DNA from: Megasphaera elsdenii DSM 20460
Lineage (GTDB): Bacteria; Bacillota; Negativicutes; Veillonellales; Megasphaeraceae
Direction: 5' to 3'
NCBI RefSeq assembly: GCF_003010495.1
Contig: NZ_CP027570.1
Span: 1,170,001-1,202,000 of the forward strand
Length of the DNA: 32,000 bases
Shown here in pieces: positions 27,077-32,000 of this stretch (position 1 is the stretch's first letter; each line of letters opens with the position of its first letter). A model generated the notes under the pieces. The model made no database searches. It saw nothing but the letters and a program-made list of their open reading frames with translations, and had not been told where the DNA came from. Position numbers and translations under genes: made by a program.

Positions 27077-27862
27077 ATGTTTCATAAATCACCTTTGGTA
27101 AGTGTCATTATGCCTACATATAATTGTGCTGCCTATATTAGCACATCTATTGAATCTGTTATTTCACAAACAGTAACGGATTGGGAAATTCAAATCGTTG
27201 ACGATTGCAGCACGGACAATACCCAATCTGTTTTACAACCTTACTTAAAAAAATATCCCAATATTCATTATTACTGTTTACCTGAAAATGGAGGCCCTGC
27301 TGTGGCGCGAACTGAAGCCATTAAAAGAGCAGCTGGGAAATATATTGCTTTTTTAGATAGCGATGATTTATGGTTCCCTGATAAATTAGAGAAACAAATT
27401 TCCTTTATGGAAAAAAAAGAGGCTGCTTTTTCGTGCACCGCATATGCTCAGATGGATGCTGACGGCAATTCTTTGCACACTGCTTTATATCCACCTGAAC
27501 AAACTGATTATAAACGGTGTATTCGCTTATCGAATCCTATCGGTAATCTGACAGCTATGTATGATCAGGAAGCTTTAGGAAAATTTGCTGTTCCCTTGAT
27601 TAAAAAACGTAATGACTTTGCCCTGTGGCTCCAAATTTTGAAGAAGACGCCATACTGCTACGGTATGCAAGAGGTCTTAGGAACCTATCGGCTCGGTCGG
27701 AAAGGTTCCGTTAGTAGTAATAAGTTGAAGCAAGCTAAATATCACTGGCAGTTATATCGCCAAATTGAAGGTCATAGTCGACTGCAAAGTCTATATGAAT
27801 TAGGTTGTTGGGTTTTGGTAAAAGGTACACATATTGGTCAAAAAAAGAAACGTATTAGGTAA
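27077..27862 (+). CDS. Family 2 glycosyltransferase
   Basis: VSVIMPTYNCAAYI...QIVDDCSTDNT...FLDSDDLW. The ATG at 27077 after RBS ggatggag is preferred. The track start at 26981 runs through the repeat block. Confidence 0.88.
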   Translation: MFHKSPLVSVIMPTYNCAAYISTSIESVISQTVTDWEIQIVDDCSTDNTQSVLQPYLKKYPNIHYYCLPENGGPAVARTEAIKRAAGKYIAFLDSDDLWFPDKLEKQISFMEKKEAAFSCTAYAQMDADGNSLHTALYPPEQTDYKRCIRLSNPIGNLTAMYDQEALGKFAVPLIKKRNDFALWLQILKKTPYCYGMQEVLGTYRLGRKGSVSSNKLKQAKYHWQLYRQIEGHSRLQSLYELGCWVLVKGTHIGQKKKRIR

Positions 27863-27895
27863 TAACCTTGTTGTTATCTTGCTAATGGAGGAAGA

Positions 27896-28936
27896 ATGAT
27901 GAAAATAGCCATATTAGGACCGGTGATAACTAAAAAATATTTTGGTGGGGTGGCTACTTTTGATGAAGGACTTGCCTTTGCTTTTTCACAGTTGGGATAT
28001 GAAGTTCTTATAATTACAACGCAGAGGAGTAAGGTGACCAATCTGTCTTTGAATATTAAACAGGTTTCTAAGTTACAAGTTGTTGCTAATATAAGGAAAT
28101 ATAAACCTGATTTAGTAATTGCATCTTTGCAATATGCTGCTTATTTTCCTTTTATACATTACGGTGTAAAGATATTGTTTTTGCATGGTTTTTTTAATTT
28201 TCAGTCATATGGCATTTTAAAGACCTTATTGGCGGTTGGCGCGACTAAATTTATGGCCAAATATAGTGATAAAATTTTAGCTAATAGTAATTTTACAGCA
28301 ACAATTAATCGTAGAATTTGGAATATACCCGTTGATGGTATCGCGCATCTTGGCGCTGATGAGTGTTTTTTAAAAAAAATATCACAAAACAGGAATTCAG
28401 TAAAAAAGAAATCCGGTCAAATTTTGTTTACGGGAAGACTTGTTCTTAGCAAGAGAATAGATACCATTATTCGGGCCTTATCTTTATTGAACCGAGATGG
28501 TATTGGATATAATTTTGTCCTTGCTGGAGATGGACCTGAATTGTCACATTTGATGAAGCTAGCACAACAATTAGATGTATCTGTCAATTTTATGGGACGG
28601 GTTTCTCATGATGAAATTTATAAATTATATCAAGAATCAGAACTTTTTATTTCTCTTGGGGAATCGGAGTCTTTTGGGTTAACCTATGTTGAAGCTTTAT
28701 TATCTAATTGTAAAATTGTTTGTCCTAGAACGGGTGGACAGGTGGAATTTTTGAATCACTATTCAAAATATGTTGGATTTGTTAATCCGTTAGATGATTT
28801 AAATATTGAGAATACCATAAAGCAATTATTATTAAAACCAACAGAATCCTTTATTTCATTTGATGATTTTGATAAATTTAATTATCGAAAAACTGCACAA
28901 TCTATCGTGAATATTATGTCAAAAGAAAGCGTGTAG
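27896..28936 (+). CDS. GT4-type (Pfam Glycos_transf_1) glycosyltransferase
   Basis: 346 aa with the pattern GRLVLSKRID...GDGPE...SESFGLTYVEAL (EX7E-like). Confidence 0.82.
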   Translation: MMKIAILGPVITKKYFGGVATFDEGLAFAFSQLGYEVLIITTQRSKVTNLSLNIKQVSKLQVVANIRKYKPDLVIASLQYAAYFPFIHYGVKILFLHGFFNFQSYGILKTLLAVGATKFMAKYSDKILANSNFTATINRRIWNIPVDGIAHLGADECFLKKISQNRNSVKKKSGQILFTGRLVLSKRIDTIIRALSLLNRDGIGYNFVLAGDGPELSHLMKLAQQLDVSVNFMGRVSHDEIYKLYQESELFISLGESESFGLTYVEALLSNCKIVCPRTGGQVEFLNHYSKYVGFVNPLDDLNIENTIKQLLLKPTESFISFDDFDKFNYRKTAQSIVNIMSKESV

Positions 28937-28939
28937 GAT

Positions 28940-29749
28940 ATGAAAAAAAAGTATAAATACATATTTGTAGTCCTGTTGTATAAAAATATGGTGGATATAT
29001 TTGATTTAATAAAATCCATTGAAAAAACTTGCGATAATTATCATATTATTTTAGTTAATAGCTTTTTCGATGAGAACACGGAAGAAGAAGCATTGGAAAT
29101 AGCCAGAAATCGAACAGATTGTTCTTTCCTCTCTGTTGAAAATCGTGGATATGGAGCCGGAAATAATGCAGGTGTACAGTATGCACAAGAAAATTTTGAT
29201 TTTGAATTTATTATTATTTGCAATCCAGATACTGTTATTGAAAAATTTGATCACTCTGTTCTTTTTAATTCCAATCAAGCAGCCATTTATGCACCTAAGA
29301 TTATCTCAAGGGATTATAAACGGCAAAATCCGAATTGGGCTTTTCACAGTGATATATTAGAGTATCTCCAGTATATAGCTTGTAAAAAAGAGAATTTATT
29401 AATGGATTATTTTGTTATAGCGATTTTGAAGTTTGCCAGGATTTTGTACAGTTATATAGCGGATATTTTTCGACTAAAAAAAATAAAAGTTGGAAATGCT
29501 CATGGTAGCTTTTTCATTATCTCTAAATCAGCGATAAACATTTTAAAACCACTATTTGATAGTCATATGTTTTTATTTTATGAAGAAGTTTATTTAGGAC
29601 ATAGAGCTTTTTGTAATCACATACCAATATATTATGTCAAAGATATATTCGTTCGTCACAAAGAAGATGGAAGCATGAAACTTTCTAATGTAAATCTTAG
29701 AAAAGAAGCCCATAAATCGGTAATATACTATAATGAACATCGAAAATGA
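28940..29749 (+). CDS. Probable family 2-like glycosyltransferase
   Basis: 269 aa. The N-terminal Rossmann-like segment and NRGYGAGNNAGV...IICNPD resemble GT2 rhamnosyl/glycosyl transferases. Locus context. Confidence 0.6.
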   Translation: MKKKYKYIFVVLLYKNMVDIFDLIKSIEKTCDNYHIILVNSFFDENTEEEALEIARNRTDCSFLSVENRGYGAGNNAGVQYAQENFDFEFIIICNPDTVIEKFDHSVLFNSNQAAIYAPKIISRDYKRQNPNWAFHSDILEYLQYIACKKENLLMDYFVIAILKFARILYSYIADIFRLKKIKVGNAHGSFFIISKSAINILKPLFDSHMFLFYEEVYLGHRAFCNHIPIYYVKDIFVRHKEDGSMKLSNVNLRKEAHKSVIYYNEHRK

Positions 29750-29778
29750 AACACTGTATTCTAAAAAGGAGACCATAG

Positions 29779-31050
29779 ATGATTATATTTATATTTATTG
29801 CTTCCTTGATTCTAATTTATTTTTCTAAATATATAGATTCTAATTTTTTTTCTCCAGTAGGTGTTGTTTCCATTTATTGGTGTCTTTTAGCTATTTTTTC
29901 GTTGGTTGGAACCTTATCTCTATATGAGTGGGATTATTACGGCTTATTGTGGATTTATTTGGGGATACTCTCTTTCAATGTATTTTATGCTATCGGAAGG
30001 CCTATTCGTTTTGTAACATCGTCTCATGTTAATGATGTCAATTTAAGTTCGATTTCAAAATTATCCTGGGCCGTTTTAATATTTTTAATGACTTTGGGAA
30101 TAATTAAATGGGGAGCTCAAGTATATACTAATGGATTTAGCCTTACTGATTTTTTATCACTTGATAATTTAGCAGCGATGAATCATGAATTTGCAGTTAA
30201 TCGTTATAGTGGAAATGATAATGAAGGAGGAATAGTCGGAATCATTATTTCTGTATTGAATGCAATGGTTTATTCAGCACCGCTTTGTGGTGGATTTGCT
30301 TATCCATATGCTGTTACTAGAACACACAAAAAAATAGCCATATTTTCTTTGATTCCGGTTTTCTTAGTGACGATGACTAATAATACGAAAGCTGGGATGA
30401 TTGGAGGATTATTATTATTTATAGACAGCTACCTTATAGGGTATTATTGCAGATATAAGAAATGGCCGTCGATACATATTAAATCCATTTTACTATTGTT
30501 TTTTTCATTTAGTATTTTTTTGAGTATTATGATTTTTTCGATGATGCTTCGTATGGGAGACAGCAGCTTTTCTACAATTTCTATTGTATTACAAAAAATT
30601 ATTGTATATGCATTCGGAAATATCCAGTCCTTTGATATTTGGCTTTCGCAAGATTATTATTGGATGCAAGATTACTCTTTTGGCGCGATGACATTTCTAG
30701 GAATTTCTAATGTACTTGGGCTTGTACAACGTGTACAAGGTGTTTATACGTCCTTACTAGGGACATCAAGTAATGTATATACTGTATTTAGAGGAATTGT
30801 TGAGGATTTTGGCATTATTGGAGGCATAATATTTATATCTCTACAAGGATTTTTTCTAAGGATTGCCATTAATTCAATTCACTCTTCATATAATCCTTTT
30901 ATTTCAGTGCCTATTGCGATGAGCATTCTTTTCTTTTTTTTGTATGGAATGATTATTTCGCCATGGACATATCTTTCTTTTATAGTAGCATTTTTTATAG
31001 TATTAGTTTATGTTTTTATTGCGTATCATCATATAGATAAAAATACTTGA
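29779..31050 (+). CDS. wzy: Oligosaccharide repeat-unit (O-antigen/capsule) polymerase
   Basis: 423 aa, highly hydrophobic with about 10 or more predicted TM segments, very AT-rich, and located between the GTs and the flippase. Called mainly from topology and context. Confidence 0.6.
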   Translation: MIIFIFIASLILIYFSKYIDSNFFSPVGVVSIYWCLLAIFSLVGTLSLYEWDYYGLLWIYLGILSFNVFYAIGRPIRFVTSSHVNDVNLSSISKLSWAVLIFLMTLGIIKWGAQVYTNGFSLTDFLSLDNLAAMNHEFAVNRYSGNDNEGGIVGIIISVLNAMVYSAPLCGGFAYPYAVTRTHKKIAIFSLIPVFLVTMTNNTKAGMIGGLLLFIDSYLIGYYCRYKKWPSIHIKSILLLFFSFSIFLSIMIFSMMLRMGDSSFSTISIVLQKIIVYAFGNIQSFDIWLSQDYYWMQDYSFGAMTFLGISNVLGLVQRVQGVYTSLLGTSSNVYTVFRGIVEDFGIIGGIIFISLQGFFLRIAINSIHSSYNPFISVPIAMSILFFFLYGMIISPWTYLSFIVAFFIVLVYVFIAYHHIDKNT

Positions 31051-31069
31051 ATATATTACGAGGTTTTTT

Positions 31070-32000
31070 ATGATTACCAAGACGATGAGTAAGGCCATTA
31101 GCGGTGTTATTTTATTTACCCTTATAGCCAAGATATTAGGTTTTCTCCGAGAAGTGACATTGTCTTACTATTTTGGTGCGACTGGCATTTCAGATGCATA
31201 TTTAATTTCCCAAACGATTCCTGGAACTCTTTTTCAGTTTGTCGGAACTGGATTAACTACATGTTTCATCCCTATATATTACAAATTACTTAACCAAGAT
31301 GGGGATAATAAAGCAAATTATTTTACTAACGCTATTATTACTTTGGTATTAAGCTTTTCGACAGCCATTATTATTTTAATTTGGATTTTTACTCCTACCA
31401 TTGTTAAATTATTTGCTATGGGATTTAATGGGGATACCTTATATTATGCCTGTCAGTTTACCAGAATTGGTGTGCTGAGCCTCTATTTTTCCACTTTTAT
31501 TTATGTATATAATAGCTACTTACAAGCAAATAATATATTTACGCCCACTGCTTTTGCCGCTATTCCTAATAGTATTTTTATTATATTATCTATTATTTTA
31601 GGATCTTTTTTTAATATATGGATTTTATCAATTGGAAGTACGTTAGCTGTAGGGGTTCAGCTATTATTTTTATTTTATCCGATACATAAACTGAGATTTC
31701 ATTTCCATTTCAATTTTAATTGGAAAGATGATTCAGTTCGTGAATTTTTTTGCTTATTAGGGCCGGTAATTATTGGGGTTTCTGTAAATGAATTAAACAC
31801 ACTAGTAGATCGAACCTTAGCTTCTCAAATATCTGTCGGCGGGATATCATCGTTAACGTATGCGAATAGTTTGATAATGCTAATTCAAGGAGGAATTGTT
31901 CAACCTATTGCAACGGTTTGTTATCCTAAAATCACTCATTATATTTCGATTAGAGATTCTAAAAGCGCTAAAAATATTGTAGAACAAACATTAAATTTTA
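31070..32000 (+). CDS. MurJ/MviN-family (MOP superfamily) polysaccharide or lipid-linked oligosaccharide flippase, 3'-truncated by the window end
   Basis: Not in the ORF track because no stop falls within the window. The frame is open by hand translation from the ATG at 31070 to 32000. The N-terminus KILGFLREVTLSYYFGATGISDAYLISQTIP and the later LGPVIIGVSVNELNTLVDRTLAS..GGISSLTYAN match MurJ-family patterns. Confidence 0.8.
   Translation, partial: MITKTMSKAISGVILFTLIAKILGFLREVTLSYYFGATGISDAYLISQTIPGTLFQFVGTGLTTCFIPIYYKLLNQDGDNKANYFTNAIITLVLSFSTAIIILIWIFTPTIVKLFAMGFNGDTLYYACQFTRIGVLSLYFSTFIYVYNSYLQANNIFTPTAFAAIPNSIFIILSIILGSFFNIWILSIGSTLAVGVQLLFLFYPIHKLRFHFHFNFNWKDDSVREFFCLLGPVIIGVSVNELNTLVDRTLASQISVGGISSLTYANSLIMLIQGGIVQPIATVCYPKITHYISIRDSKSAKNIVEQTLNF

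Overview
About 50% GC bacterial chromosome segment. The gene content points to a diderm Firmicute (Negativicutes, Megasphaera/Veillonellaceae-like); this is an inference from Firmicute-type ribosomal operon order combined with outer-membrane capsule genes. There are four blocks. (1) Two apparently identical, directly oriented 1,322-bp IS3-family insertion sequences lie at 58..1379 and 17081..18402. Each has orfA/orfB on the minus strand, an A_AAA_AAA -1 frameshift site and its own 3-bp target duplication. (2) Between them lies the complete S10-spc-alpha ribosomal superoperon, rpsJ to rplQ, including secY, adk, map, a KOW-domain gene, infA, rpmJ and rpoA. It has a candidate promoter and a strong bidirectional terminator. 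(3) A two-gene DUF3783 / MTH1-like Nudix unit follows. (4) A Wzx/Wzy-type capsule/EPS locus has a genome-typical-GC 5' half (wzi, PHP-type Tyr phosphatase, short wza, a split Wzc made of a PCP and a BY-kinase, and the initiating phosphoglycosyl transferase). Its 3' half is visibly AT-rich (GT2, GT4, GT2-like, wzy, MurJ-family flippase truncated at the window end). The least ordinary content is non-coding. A modular family of GC-rich stem-loop repeats and two families of degenerate 7-bp tandem repeats (CCACTAA-like and TGCGRCC-like) fills essentially every long intergenic gap. It includes two colinear ~0.45-0.55 kb composite copies that show loop variation and compensatory stem changes. Both IS copies sit inside these repeats. 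One 704-bp repeat block splits the capsule operon, and another marks the GC-content break in the capsule locus. No rRNA, tRNA or CRISPR array was seen.
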